Of a stretch of DNA of 64,000 nucleotides, positions 36,755 to 50,693 are shown piece by piece. Every line of letters begins with the position of its first letter. Positions within the stretch are counted from its first letter, which is position 1. This DNA comes from Psammoneis japonica (taxonomy: Eukaryota): positions 62,001 to 126,000 of the forward strand of contig QPGO01000181.1 in the NCBI GenBank assembly GCA_008632985.1, written 5' to 3'. The notes under the pieces are model-generated. The model had not been told where the DNA came from. It did not search any database and worked only from the letters and a program-made list of their open reading frames with translations. The translations under genes and the position numbers were made by a program.

Positions 36755-39461
36755 GCCCACACTTGGCCACTGGCCCTGATGCACATGTGCTTTGTGCTCA
36801 ACCATGTGGCATCTGCCAAGCTTCACTGGCGTGCTCCCACCAAAGTGCTGTCCAGCTCCACCCCCAACATCAGCCCACTCCTGTGCTTTCAATGGTGAGA
36901 ACCCGTGTGCTGCCACCTTGATGATTCCGACTGGCCGTCTGAATCCCACGAATTGTGTGGTCAATTCGTTGGCATTGCCAAACACGTCGGTCATCAGATG
37001 ATGTTCAAGATCCTCTCTGACGACACTCTGAAGATTCTCTGCTGCTCGAACCTACATTCCGCCCGTGATCCGTCTGCCCCAAACCGGCATCTTGACCCTC
37101 CTGACAACGAATTTGCTGAACCCATCATTCAATCCTGCCATGACTCCAAGGATTCACCAGATTCACCAGATGGGGGAGGGGATCAGGATGGCCAAAATGC
37201 TGGTCTTTGACCCCGAGGACATCATTGGATGCACCTTCCTCATGAAGCCACAAGAGGATGAACAACGCATCATCAAAGCCATTGAAGACCATGACTGGAA
37301 AATCAGAGACAACCCTGAACCAGTCAAGTTCATTTGCTCCACCAACAATGATGAACACAAGGAAGTCCTCGCCTGCAACGACATCATGCACCACATCAAG
37401 CAAGAAAACAAGGACACCACCCTCTGGAAGTTCCAATGCATCCCATCGCACGAAGGACCATTGCAACCTCATGATCCCTCTTGGAAAGGCTCAAGCTACA
37501 ATGTCATGCTTGAATGGGAGAATGGGGAGATTGTGTCTGAACCCCTTGCCATCATTGCCAAGGATGATCCCGTCACCTGTGCCATCTACACATGTCAGCA
37601 CGGCCTCCTTGAAACTGAAGGATGGAAACATTTCCTCAAGACAGCTCTGCATCAGATGAAGCCATTCCAAATGGCCAATCAAGCCAAGTTGCGTTCCTTT
37701 TGCACTGCACCACGACACAAGCATGGGTGTGAAGTGCCCCGTGACTGCAGGCACGCCTTGGCCCTCGAAGAGCGCAATGGCAACTGGGAGTGGGGAGACA
37801 CAACGGACCTCAAGATGACTCAGCTTGATGAGTGTGAGGTCTTCCACGACTGCAGACATTTCAAAGATTCCAGCGCTCCATCAGGACACAAGAAGATTTA
37901 GGTGCATCTCATCTGTGATGTCAAACATGACGAACAGCAAAAAGCAAGGCTTGTTGCCAATGGACACCTCACAGACGTACCTGTTGACAGTGTCCATTCC
38001 AGAGCAGTGTCTCTCTGCGGCCTGCAAATGATGATCTTCCTGGCCAAGCTCAATGAACTAGAGACTTGGGCCACTGACATTGGGAATGCCTGTCTTGAAT
38101 CTGCGACCAAGGAGAAACTGTACATCACAGCAGGCCCTGAATTCGGCAAGCTGGAAGGACACATCCTTGTCATCCACAAGGCCTTGTATGGACTCCACAG
38201 CTCCAGCCTCCGATGGCATGAACGCTTTGCCAATTGCTTGCATGCCAAAGGTTTCTTCCCATGCAAAGCCAAACCCGACATCTGGCTGCGCAGGAATGGT
38301 GACCACTGCGAATGCATGGCAGTGTGTGTGGATGACCTGGCCTTTGCCATGAAGGACCCCCAGGCTTTTGCAGACACTCTCATGGAGAAATGCAAGTTCA
38401 AGCTCAAGGGCACTGGACCATTGGAATTCCATCTTGGTTGCAACTTCACCCGTGATCCAGATGGCACCCTGTGCCTTGCTCCTTGCAAGCACATTGAGCA
38501 CATGGTTGACAACTGCACACGCCTCTTTGGGGAGAAACCCTGCACTGATGTGCTTTCACCCCTTGACAAATGAGACCAGCCTGAGCTTGATGCCTCTGAA
38601 TTACTCAAACTGGAGGGCATCCACCAATTCTAATCCTTGATTGGCTCCCTGCAATGGGCTGCATCTCTCGGTTGCATTGACACTGCTGCAGCTGTCATGT
38701 CTCTGTCTAGCTTCAGTGCACAGTGCCCCATCAAGGCCACCTAGACGGTGCCGAACGCATCTGCGGATTCCTCTCCAAGATGCGTCATGGTGCTCTCCGA
38801 GTGTGCACCAAGGAGCCCAACCATTCGGACTTTCCCAAGCCTGTGTGTGACTGGCCCAATTGGTGCATGGGGAGGCAGAAGAGCTGCTCCCACAAGACGC
38901 GCCCAAGCCACTTGGCAAGTTCATTGCCATGACACACCACATTGATGCAAACTTGTTCCATTGCATGCTCACTGGACGCTCTGTCACTGGCATCCTCCAT
39001 TTCCTCAACAAGTTTCCGGCTGATTGGTTCTCTAAGAAACAAGCAACAGTCGAGACTGCTGCGCATGGATCCAAGTTTGTTGCTGCAAGGATGTGGGTTG
39101 AGCAGATCATTGATCTACACATCACTTTACGTTGCCTCAGTGTCCCCATTCATGAAGCATGTTACATGTTTGGGGACAACAAGTTGGTTGTGGACAGTGC
39201 TGCCATCCCACACTCCAAGTTACACAAGCGACACACCGACCTCTTGTTCCATCGTGTACGTGAGGCAATTGCCTCCGGTTTCCTTGAGTTTCATTTCATC
39301 GAAGGCTCCCACAACCCAGCTGACATCCTCAGCAAGCATTGGGGTTGCTCCCAAATCTGAAACCTCCTTTGTCCTCTAATGTTTTGGAACTTCAATCCCG
39401 AGGCTTTCAACCAATCTGACCTTGAATCTGTTGCTGTTGACCCCTCAAGCAAACTGGGGAG
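36755..39461 (+). pseudogene. IN(3')-RT-RNase H of Copia B2, with stops
   Basis: DIGNACL, KALYGL, CVDD (38325-38336), ETAAHGSKF, NPADILSK. Confidence 0.92.
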
Positions 39462-41543
39462 TAACAGGATTTGAACAAGATTTTAGTTTGTCACACATGA
39501 TCATGTGTGCTCTTAGTTCCACGTGCGTTGCACGATGTAGTTTGCTTTCGAGCCACACGGCTCACAAGAACAATGACAGCAGCACCGATGTCACGACACC
39601 AGTCTTTCGGCTCCTGCAACGGTCTCTGCACGGAGACTCATCTGCCATTTAGACAGCAGTGAGGAGTTATTGTTCACTTCCACCCAGTCATCTTCATTTT
39701 CTGTCACGTCATTTGAGCTGACGTTGACATCTGGAATGCCGCCGGCTGGCTTGTCCTTCCCCCAGAGGACACTGACGCCGCCTTGCCAGATGCAGAATTG
39801 ACCTCTTCTTGATCAACAGCACCCTTCGCATCCTCCTTGGGCAACAAGTTTGCAAAGGATGCCAGAGAGTCACCGACATCAAAGACACCATCAGAGAGGC
39901 TTGCCGCCACATTGGAGAGTGACAAAACATCAAGCAATGAACCGTCATGGTCCAGAGACGTGACAAAGCAAGCCACGATGCTGGTTTCACATTTGGTGTT
40001 ATTCTCAAATACATCAGAGCGAGAAGAGAGATGTTGCTTTTGCTTGGGTGTGACTTTGAGGTGGGGCATGATCACAATGGTGAGAGAGGCAAACCGCCAT
40101 GGGCGATCGTGGTGCAAACAGTGGACGTGGAATCCTGCGGACTCTTTGTCACACTGCTTTCATGCTTCTGCACTGATTCACCAGAAACACAGGGGATTAG
40201 ATCTGCAGATCACAAGCAGAAGGGAGAAATGCCCCATGCATGATTGGTCTGGCAAATGGTGCAAACAAGATTCCTGAGCAGAAAAAGGTGAAAATTTTGC
40301 AGAATGATTGACATCCGTCATGAGGACGGAAGTGTAGAACTTTCAACAAAAATGCCACATGCAATGTGAAAATGAATGTTTTTGAGTTGGAACAAAATGC
40401 AGTTGTTCAGAATTCAGGGAATGATGCAGTCATGTGAGACTTGGCATGTTGGCATTCAAGTCAACAAGTGCACATTAAATCACATGCATCTGGGAGCAAC
40501 AAGTGCAAACTGCATGAGTCAGGATGGTGGAAAAAAAATAAAAATGTTGCACTCCCAACAAGCAAATGTCAATTTCAATCTGGAGGGGGTCAACAAACAT
40601 TGGCGAAGGTGCGCACAACATGAGATGGTGGAGTTCAATGACCTGTCACTCATGGCCCTTTCCATGGGTCTCTGATGTTGGGCTCTTGGGGCAAGGGAGA
40701 AAGAACCAAAATGGCCAAGCACTGGAGACTTCAAATGTCAAAGAGGAAATTTCCAAAGCAATTGTGGGATTGTGGACTTGTGCATGAAGCTGAGCTGTTG
40801 TTGAAAATGGCAAGAGCTTGTGATTGCCCAACCAGATGTGAAAAGGCAACAGGACAAATGCCAGAGGCAGGAGTTACCGACTGCCGGCATGAGGGACAAT
40901 CTAACAGACATCTGGGACAGATGACAATCATGCACTAGATGAGAAAGAAAGTGAGCAAAGGAGAGATCATCGGATCTCTCCATGCTGTCCATGCCAGTCT
41001 GTCTGACACAAGGGAGTGTGCTCCCCATCTTGGATGTCTGTCACCCTCCCCTGATGAGCAATGCAATGCTCATCAAGAAAGAAAGAGACGATCCGAGTGT
41101 AAAGAGAGGAGACCAGAATGGCAGAAACAAAGAAAAGGAACCAAAAGAAAAAATGCAATGCACATCAAGAAAAAAAAAAGACAATCCGAACATAAAGAGA
41201 GAACCAAAATGGCAGAAACAAAGAAAAGAAACCAAAAGAAATGACCAAGACTTGGTCCGCAAACATGACAACAATCAATGACAACATCCCATCAAGTGAT
41301 GAGCATGTCGGGAATGAAGCACCCAACCTGCAGTCAGTGCATTGGTCTTCAACAAAAAATGTCAAAGGCAGTTCCCAACAAATCTTTTGGAGAAATTGAG
41401 TCGTGCACCAAAGAACACTTTCGTCAATCCCCATGAACAATCACCCGCAATGGGACATTCTGGCGAGTCATGCCATTGCCAAAGCTCATCCCAAGAGATG
41501 GGGCCAAAAAAATGGAAATCCACCATGGCGGATGACACGGTGA
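39462..41543. repeat. 3' LTR of B2 (39462-39706) plus segmental duplication copy 2 (39707-41543)
   Basis: LTR followed by the same CGTCA and the same 1.84-kb flank as B1. Confidence 0.93.
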
Positions 41544-44500
41544 GGTTCTCAACAAACTGCTTTTTAGTGCACTCAGACATGTGAGCTGGAGATGTGCACT
41601 CATTCTTGGTGGCTCTTGTCAAAACTTGGAGCACTTGGTGTTCTTGACCAAAACAGTCATCTCATGGTCATCATCCAAAGATGAGTCAGTGTCAAAAATG
41701 AGCATGCAAAGCCACAAAAAATCCTTGTAAAGCATGCGGCAGTCTGTGACAGACAGGTCTCTTTGCTTGGGGCAAGAGACCACTGATCCCAGTGCTTCCT
41801 TGCAGAATGCTGGATGGACTTGAGAAAAAGAATCTGCTTCAGGGCATTGCAGCTGTTGCTGCAGCAAGAGGCAACAATGTGGTGCAGGCCACTGTTCTTG
41901 GGCACAAGAGTGGTGGGTCATCTGTGGAGACTTTTCCAATTGCAAAGCCCCAATCACCACCATGGTTTTGCTTAAAATGCCACAAAGGGTGCACACAGCA
42001 GCCACAATCAGTGGCATGTTGCTGGAAGTTGAGATGCTGTTGACAAATGCCATGCAAAAGAGTCATCATGGCATGCACTCAGTTCACAAAATAAAGCTTT
42101 ATGATCCGGAGTCAGATTCATTGCAAAAAAAAAGAACCACCAGATTCATGACAAAAGAGAACTGCCAGACAGTCTGAGCCATCTAAATGGCACACATGGC
42201 TGCTGGAGCACTTGATGAGTGATTTCTGTGAGGTCACCTTGTCAATTGCTTTTTTGGATCAAAATGTTCATGTTCATCCTTGTGTTGAATAAGCACTTGG
42301 ATGACAATGACGATGGAGGTGTCTCGCTGCTTAAAGTGCCAGTTGATGAAGGTGCCCTTGCAGCATCACAGTTGTTGTTCAGGGCATCAATCACAACAAA
42401 GATTGTGAGAGAGCCTGAAGCAGCAGATGATGCCAATGAAGTCTTGGGGGTGTCTTTCAGCAGATGTGCAGCTCTCTGGGAGTTGTGATCTTAAGGTTCT
42501 GCTTCTTAAAGAGTGACACTGTGGGTGGTTCATTGGCGGGGTCAAGGGTTTCAACAATGTGTCCTTGGCTTGTGCATGGCATGTGTTGTCCAAAAAATGA
42601 TCCAACTCAATGACAACTCCTTGCGAACGTTGTTGAAAGACAACAGGAACCTCCTTAAGAGAGTCAAAAAGGGGCTTCTTGGGGGTCAAATGTGATAAAA
42701 TTTTTGGTCATGAACATTTGGAAGTGCAGCGCTATTCTGCGGAGCCTGTGCACTGATGAAAAAACACTTCCAGGATAAAAAATGTGGCAGGCTTGTCTGG
42801 CTCACAAACCACCACATGAGACTCAATGGGATTTGCAATGCACAAGAATGTGCAACCTGATGAGGCCACAACCTGTCATGATGCCAATGGCATTAGTGAC
42901 AAGACAAAGAGCTCTGCAGAAAGTGGTGACAGTGGATGACACATTTGCCAAAAGAGCGTGACCATTGTCCATGCACAGTCTGGCTGCACACAGCAGACCC
43001 AGTCAGCTGACAGAAATCTGTGAAAGCACAAAACTTCACTCATCTTCATGACAACATTTCCTCACTTGGATCCACTGGCAGGCAGGACAGACAATGGCTC
43101 ATGTCTGTTGATCTCACCAAAGTTCACTTGTTCAATTGTTTGACAGACATTGAGATGAACACTGCACCAACAATTTTGCCAAGGAGTCCTCCATTTCTGT
43201 GTGTGGAAACATTTCCTTTGTTGATGCTTCAAGGTCAGGCAATGTTTGCTCTTTCTCCATCACCAAGGATGTGCTTGCCAACTCTCCATCTCTCCAAGTG
43301 ATCTCAATGTGGTGCCCATGTTGCACTCTGCTGAATGACAATGGTTGTTGCTGTGCTCCTCTCCACCTGTGGGATGACATTGTGTCCCATTTGTCAAAAG
43401 GCAGGCTGGCAGCACATTCAAGGCAGGCTTTCAATTTCATCATGGAAAGAATCTCACACAGACTCTCCCAAAACATTTCCCCACCCAAACAGCAAGACCC
43501 CACATTCTTGTCACCATGGAAAAGTCCACAAGAGGATGCCTCCTCATCAGAAAACATTCTTGCTTCCCTGGTTGAATTTTGTAAAAGTTTGAAAAACATT
43601 TTGTTGGACACTCACAGTGGGTGGACAAACTTTTCTTTTGCAAACTCAGATGACCTGCTCTGAATGTGTGAGGCCAAGGGTCCCCAGGACAAGTGCACTT
43701 AGCCTGTGAGTGGTGCAAACAGACTTGCAATGCACCAAAGTGACTGACCCCCTCAAGCATTTCCTGGAACATTTGGTTGTGCACATGGACAAAATGTGGA
43801 GAAGTGCTTGATGTGACAGTCATGCAACATGCCAAGCACTGTAACTTCAGCTTGTGTTGCATTCAAGGAATGGCTGGACAAGGGCAAGTGGAGGGCTGTC
43901 TGATGTGCTTCTGACTTGGAAAAGTTGACACTTCTCTGGCTGGCAAACAACCCATCAAAATGCAAAAAATGGTGGAGAAGAACTGCAGCCTCTGCAATTG
44001 CCACAAGGTGTTGACAACAATCATGCAGCTGCTGTTTGATGCAATGGAACAGGGTGGGTTTCAGTGTTGGGTGTGTGAGGGGTTGGCAGGATGAGCTTTC
44101 TCCATGTCATGCCCACAATTGTTGTCATTGTGGGTGTTGCCAAGAGCAGCAACTGCATGGCCAACTGTTGCAGCATGAAGAACTGATGACAGGGCTGTTG
44201 CAGGTTTTTTGAATGGCTGGATTAAATGACCTGGACAACCCTTGGAAAGAACTGTGAGCTTGTCCACAGGGATGACTTGATCAATGTTCAAAAAGATGCT
44301 GACCACAAATGTCTCAGAGAGAAGGAGCATTGACTCCAGGAGAACCAACTTTGGCATCACACTGTCTCACCTTCACCAGCTCAGAGCTGCTGGACAATTG
44401 AATCAGCAACACACATGGACAGCAGTGCAAATTGTGGCACCATTGTAAAACTGTCAGAAGAGCAAAAAGTGACATGGGAGGAAGTGACAATGATGGCAAG

Positions 44501-47490
44501 ACCTTTGATGATGATGTGCTGGGGTTTTCTCATCAACCAGACAAATCCAAAAACAATGAGGAGGATGAGGAGAAGGAGGGTGACACAGATGGACAGGCCA
44601 TGGCTGCCTGTTCCAGACAAACACAGAAATGAATTCCCACAGCAATTCCCACAGTGAATTTGTCACTTCTTTTAAAAAAAGTTGGAGAAATTTGTGTGGT
44701 GGTTCATTCCTGCTTGTGTCAAGTGACAAATGGCAAAAAGGTTGCTGCTGCATGTGCCAACCTTTTGAGCCATTGACAGACAGATCAAACCAGGAACCAC
44801 ACCTGCTGATGCGCCAAACTGCTGTTTGCTTCCCAAAGTTGTTCTTGGCACCAATTGATGTGCTGTTGGAGATGGTGTGTTGGTTTGTGAGGAGCAGCCT
44901 TAGAGGCATTGTGAGGCATGTAAAAAAGCTTTGCATGTTTGGGCAATTGAAGAAGAAGAAGAAGAGCACAAATGGTCAAAGCTGCTCCACACAGCAACAG
45001 AGGACTTTTGGAAATAAAACCTGTCTGTCAAAGATGCAGCAAGAGACATTGATGCAAAGGATGCATGCATGAGGAGGGACAACACACCCCACTCACCAAA
45101 CTTGAACAACAAACTGCTCCCCAAACTTGAGCAATGAACCAAAGTCAAAAACTCCTTCTTGGGCAACAGCTGGCAACAAGTCCATTGAAAAGAAATGAAC
45201 TTCATGGACTTGACACTTGGAGTCATTTTGAAGAGGAAAAGCACAGAGATGCCTTCATGGCCTCAGAGCAACAGTTGTTGATGCCCTTTTCTGTCACACT
45301 GTGATGCACTTCTTTCTCATTTGAAGGTTTCCCAGCCATTCTTGCTGGCAGAAACAACTTGTTGAATGTGAAGCAAGGAAAATGCTTGCTTTCACCATGG
45401 CTTGTTTCTCACTGAGGAACCAAAGTCCAATGTTGTGCTAACCCTTGTGTCAGTGACTGCAGGTTGAACAGCACAATGCAAACTTCCTTGAGTGCAACCA
45501 TGTTGCAGTGATTGTCTGGAATGAGAATGGAAAGCATGTGTTGCAGATTTTCCCAGAAGAAGTGTGTGCCAAAAGTCATGTTGTGCCATTCCTGCACTGT
45601 GCCCAGCAGTGGTTGAGGTGGACATGAGCAAACCCAGAACTTTCGAAATCAGCGCAAGTGCCAAATTTATGCACTGCCCCTTTGAGACAAAATTTGTTGC
45701 AGTTGAGGTTGCTCTGATTGCTTTGGAGGGGCACAGTGTTCACAACCTTTCATTGTTGAAAATGCTCCTCAACAACTCTGCACCAAGCCTTGTCTTTTCA
45801 ACAATCAAAAGACAACTTGCTTGCCCACTTTTTCAGGTCTGGTCATCCTGAGCCAAAGGATGTGATTGTTGGTGTGCCTTGTTGTTGATGACCAGGAAAG
45901 CAGGGAAATTGTGAAAAGTGCCAGTCTGTGCATCATTTTGGCAGCAGTTCAAAGGAGAAAAGGAGAGGTGGTTTGAAAGTTGCCCATTTGCACTGCCATC
46001 TGCCTTGACTGCTTTGTGGTGAGGACATTTTGACCAGATCCCAGACCTTTGAACATGCAGTTGTGATCAATTGTCATGACCTGAATGTCAGAACTTTTGC
46101 AAGGAGAACCCTCTCCATGTCTCTCACCCAACTCCTCACTCTCATGCTCCGGGGTCATTCTCTCATGCAAGAGAAGGATGTGTTCCAAATCTCTGAGCTC
46201 CAGTTTCTCCATGGTGCCTGGCTTTGTGAAATGCACACAAAATTATTCAGAAAAGGACAGCCTGCAACAACCACAGCACCAAGAGCAAGTGTTTGGGCCA
46301 CAAGCATCAGTCTGGGCTCTGAGAAGTCAATGTTGTTCTTCTTGGCCCATTTGGTGCACAAATCTCAACAATGCTGGTGTTCATCTTAGGCTGCACACAC
46401 CATCAAAGTCAATGTCATCTTGCCAATCAACAGAGTGTCAGAGATCTTGTCAACCTCAACAGAAAATGGACCATCAGCCTTGCTCTTGTTGTTGGCATCT
46501 AAGAACACCTTGGCAGTGAGTCAGTCAAGTTGGTGGGGCCATCATGTTGGATTTGCTTGTCATAAAAATGTGACACCAAACTCTTTCATTGACAGTTGTC
46601 AGAGTGGGACAGAAGCACCATTTTTGTTACATGACACACAAGGCAAGCACTTGCTGCAAATGCAGTAAAAACACCTCCGCAAAATGTTCCCTTGAAACAA
46701 TGCATGAGGGCAGCTGGTGCAGAGAGCTGAGTCTGTGCATCTCACTGGGCAAGCTTGCACATTGATCTCCTTTCCATGCATGCAAGAGGACATGCTGGTG
46801 TCCACCCCTCTGCTGCCAATGATGACAGATTCCCATGCACATGAGTCATCCAGGGGGAACCAAATTTGCTTGAAATTCTTGGAGGTGAGCTGATCCTTTG
46901 CACGAGCCAGACCATGATGCTCTGGGTCCTGGTCTTGCAAGAGCAAGAGATGCAAGTGAGCACAGCATGGTTGTTGCATTTGGTGTGTGCAAGCACTGGT
47001 GTGGTGCATCAAACAAGTTGTTGCAGAAACTGCCAATTGCTTTTTTCTGTAAAAAAGAGCACTGCCCCCTGCCCCAAGATTGTTTTGCTTGCCACAACCA
47101 GCCATCAGAACAGCTCACAAATGTTTGTCGAAGATTGTGCCACACATTGCACAATTGGTTTCAGGCTGTTCAACAAGCATGCCTTTTTGCACCAAGAAAG
47201 CTGCAGAAAAAGCACGCCACCCAAGAAACTGGCTGGCCATCTTTAAGCAGCTCACAGCAATGTGCAAGAGAATGTGCTTTGTGTGTTTGTGCCTCTCAGA
47301 AGTCTTGCTTGCCTTTTGCGATTGAGCCATGGCAGCATCATTGAAAGGTTGAGATGGGGCACATTCCAAAGTCCTTGGATTGTTGAAGTGTGTGAAACTT
47401 CTCCCTGCTGATGCAAAACGCAGGGATGCTTTGTGGCATCATGGCTTCATTAAGATGATTCAACAGCTGGTCACCAACAAGCATTGCAAC
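41544..47490. other. Heavily eroded, TpA/CpG-depleted sequence, probably old transposon remnants
   Basis: About 35 TpA and about 20 CpG seen in ~6 kb; no confidently assignable domain. Confidence 0.5.
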
Positions 47491-47824
47491 TACAACTGAG
47501 CTCACCCTCATGCTCATGATTCGAATTATGTCTAGTGATTGTAATCGAAACACATTGAAGTTGGATCAAGCTGTCAAGTGGATTTCACTTTGCACAACCA
47601 AAATTTAAAAACTTTATTGCAGATACCTCATAGCCAGCAGCAACCCATTGCAGAACATTGATTTGCGATTAGAAAACGAATTATCCCACGAAGGCTGCAT
47701 AATTCCCGATGGCTCTCACAGCGGGCGTTTTAGAAACTTAGTTATCACGTCCTACAAGTTGCTCCAATCTTTTGCTTCACTACTGCTCATTTTCCCCAAC
47801 ATGAGCGAGCAGAACTTGCATCCA

Positions 47825-49984
47825 TCATCTGTTTGCGCCGACATCCTCTGTCGGCACAGCAAGTAGTGCAGACTGCATCGGAGTCTGGTCAATCGGGCAT
47901 TTCGGCTGGCCTAGAGGAGTCTGTAGACTTGGTTTCAAACATCGTTTGTGGAACATGTGACCACAAGGACGCAATTGAGTATCAACGTTTACGCTGTGGC
48001 AAAGGGCGCACTTTGTTGCTGAAGGGACTTCAACTGATGAATTGGACGACGTTGGGTCTGACAGAGACGCCAGAGTGCCAGACACACTTGGGAAAAGATG
48101 TTGTTGATCACTCTCTGATGACTGCATCACTGGATTTTGACCAGGATTCTGGCCGGGATATTGCTGAGACCGTTGTCCAACACCTGCAGACTGATCACTA
48201 GAACGGGAGGCAGAAGGGGGTAAACCAAATTGTCCAAATTGAGGTGACTGAGCCCGACCTTGAGGATGTAAGTACTCCTGGGACAATGTTCGCTGCATCT
48301 TCACCGGCAAGGCAAGATCGGAGAGCTTTTCCGAACTGCGACTCACTGAAATCAAACCTTTGGCGGCAAGAGCATCATCATACGCCCGTTTCATTTTGCC
48401 ACCATCGTCTAAGCCCGACTTCTCTTCATTACTTGGTAGTAACGAGGCATCCGGTGGGCAGACTACAGCAGGGGAATCACTCGTGCACGGCATCACACTG
48501 GTTTTGTGAACGTTTGCGGAAGGCGACTCATCAGCATCTAATGACAGACCTACGTCATTATCTTCCTCGCGCTCCCGTTTAAGGCCTCGCTGTTCCTTGC
48601 AGCCAAGCACCACACCATTCGCGTTGCGGTCACCAAAAAAGACTTCTAAAAAGGCATACGAGTCATTCCGGCCCTATTCGAAAGGAAAGAAGAAACAGCA
48701 GCGCATCCATTTTTAATCACGGCGGAGTTGGCGAGGCGCAGCATTCAATCGTACTCTCGCCACATCGTACATACCATATTCTCAAAGCTTTTCACTTGCG
48801 CCAGGTTACCCATTTTATTCAAATTCCCCTGGCTTGCCAGGTCTGCGCCACTAAGACTAGTTATACTCTTCACCCCCGTCATGGACCCCAGATTGTTCAA
48901 CGACGAAATGCTAGAGAAATGCGGCCAAGAGTTCAGGGCTGGAACGCTCCCAAGTCTTCCCCCTTGCGAAACCGGCTTTACCGATTGTTGACTTTGGAGT
49001 GCAGCTGGCTGTGTTGGGTATTGTTCCCCTCCCGCCACTTTCGCAGCAGCCTTTAGCTTTGCAGATTCCGTGGCTTGTCTGACGAGGTCCTGGTCTCGTG
49101 CAAACAATTCCATGAGTACGGCATGGCTATCTGTCTTGTTCATATGGCTGCCGGTAACTATCTGATTCCCAGAGGGCGCCGCCATCGGTGGTAATGACCC
49201 AATAGAGCTGCTAGCGGCAATAGGAGCTGAACCAGGAGAAACACTAGGTCCACCAGAGCCTTGTGTTCTGTACTGCTGAGCTGAGTAGAACTTCGGATTC
49301 GCGTACTGCTGCGCTCCCGACTGTACTGCTCCCGGGTGGTTGGGCTGTTGCTGACCACTGCTTATGAACGAACTACTAGTATAAGTTTCACGACTCTATT
49401 AAAGCACAGCCGTGACGGAATTGTGAGCAACAACTGAGAAACCTGAAAGTCATAGCTCAAGAGAACGGGACATGTTCGCCTCGTACCTGTTGCTGCACAG
49501 CTTGTTGGTAGTGCGCGTGCATCGTCTGTACGGGATGCTGATTATCTGTATTGCCGGCCAAATCGGTTGCAGGGCTTGACCCCGTTCCTGCAGAAACTCC
49601 TGAGGGCACTGAAGGTACCATGAGTCCCGGAACAACACCTGGCACTGCTACACCACCTCCTCCAGCTCCAGTCGCGGCAAGCTTTCCCTGTTCAAGCTGC
49701 TTCTTAAGCATCGGTTTCCAGATCCTTCGGCGTGCATTGGTAAACCAGTTTTTCAGTTGCTTCTTGTCTATCCCTGTCTTCTGCATAAGCATCACCTGGT
49801 CCTGCGGCGTCGGATAGGGGTGTGTGAAATGCTCTGGAGACAAAAGCCACGCTTTCAGAGTAGACACAGCTCCTGCAGGTAGTTCCCGGCGCGACTTTCC
49901 AGATACCTTTCCGCTATCTTTTGCTTCTTCTTCATGCTCATCATCAGATCCATTGACGGTAGGATCATTTTTTTGCTCCGCCAT
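47825..49984 (-). CDS. TALE-class (KN/TGIF-like) homeodomain protein with C-terminal RING finger, ~655 aa, 3 exons (49984-49487, 49395-48775, 48673-47825)
   Basis: RRELPAGAVSTLKAWL..HFTHPYPT..KQLKNWFTNARRRIWKP; RING CALC..PCGHMFHKRC..KCPID; two phase-0 GT-AG introns of 91 and 101 bp join the ORFs in frame; normal TpA/CpG content. Confidence 0.88.
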
Positions 49985-50414
49985 GCTCTATTTCACGAGT
50001 CTTCAAGACTGACCGCCGGCTGTCCCATTCAAGAACGACACCCTTAACTACGGCGCAGATGTTGTTGCAACAATAAGATCTTGGCTGAAGATCGGTGCTG
50101 GTTACGGAACTATGATGCAATATCCGTGTCGTCGGATAACGTATTCATATGCCAAGGTGGAATGCTGGGCTTGATCGGTGTCAACAGTTGACACCACCGT
50201 TGTCACGCACTCGAAGGAAATTCGTACATACAGTACATTACATACATAGGCCCTGCGTACGGAGTGTGGTAGGGCCTACCGTAAGAGCTACACGTATGAC
50301 ACTAATACCAGGTAAATCGTATGTAGAATTTCACTGATACCCGTACAGCGAATCGGAAAATCGGTCACACTGCACTGGACCACACGCCTTTGTGGTCAAT
50401 CAAAATAATATGAG

Positions 50415-50693
50415 TTAGCCGGGTAGGGCTAGTTGGTCGCGCACGTTTGGGTTCGATGCAGCCGTGCAACTAGCCATACCCTGCAGGAAGAGCTGTTGGT
50501 GGCGCGCGAGCAGAAGCAACAAAGCACAGAACACGGCGTGGGTCAAAACGTTGTAAAATGACGCAACAACAAGCAGCGAGAAGAAACCCAACTTGACCCA
50601 TGAATACAGCGCATACATATTGTCCAACCACTTCAATAGTATCTCGTATTCCCAGCTTGTAGATGAGGGGACGGCGTTCGCGTTTCTCGCCAT
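50415..50693 (-). CDS. Possible small membrane protein, 92 aa
   Basis: ATG in good context (caacaccATGG), two hydrophobic stretches, within the unmutated island; no recognised family. Confidence 0.35.
   Translation of the reverse strand: MARNANAVPSSTSWEYEILLKWLDNMYALYSWVKLGFFSLLVVASFYNVLTHAVFCALLLLLARHQQLFLQGMASCTAASNPNVRDQLALPG

Larger units (their letters stand above)
25524..39706 (+). mobile_element. Copia subfamily B copy B2, 5' LTR missing, split by four nested insertions
   Basis: Collinear pieces: leader 25524-26141, 27471-27635; gag 29837-30906; gag-PR-IN 32228-34438; IN-RT-RH 36750-39461; 3' LTR 39462-39706. Confidence 0.88.

Noticed and set aside
43300..43900. Plavaka-like transposase remnant
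   Set aside because: Only vague motif resemblance in highly eroded sequence; needs a profile search.
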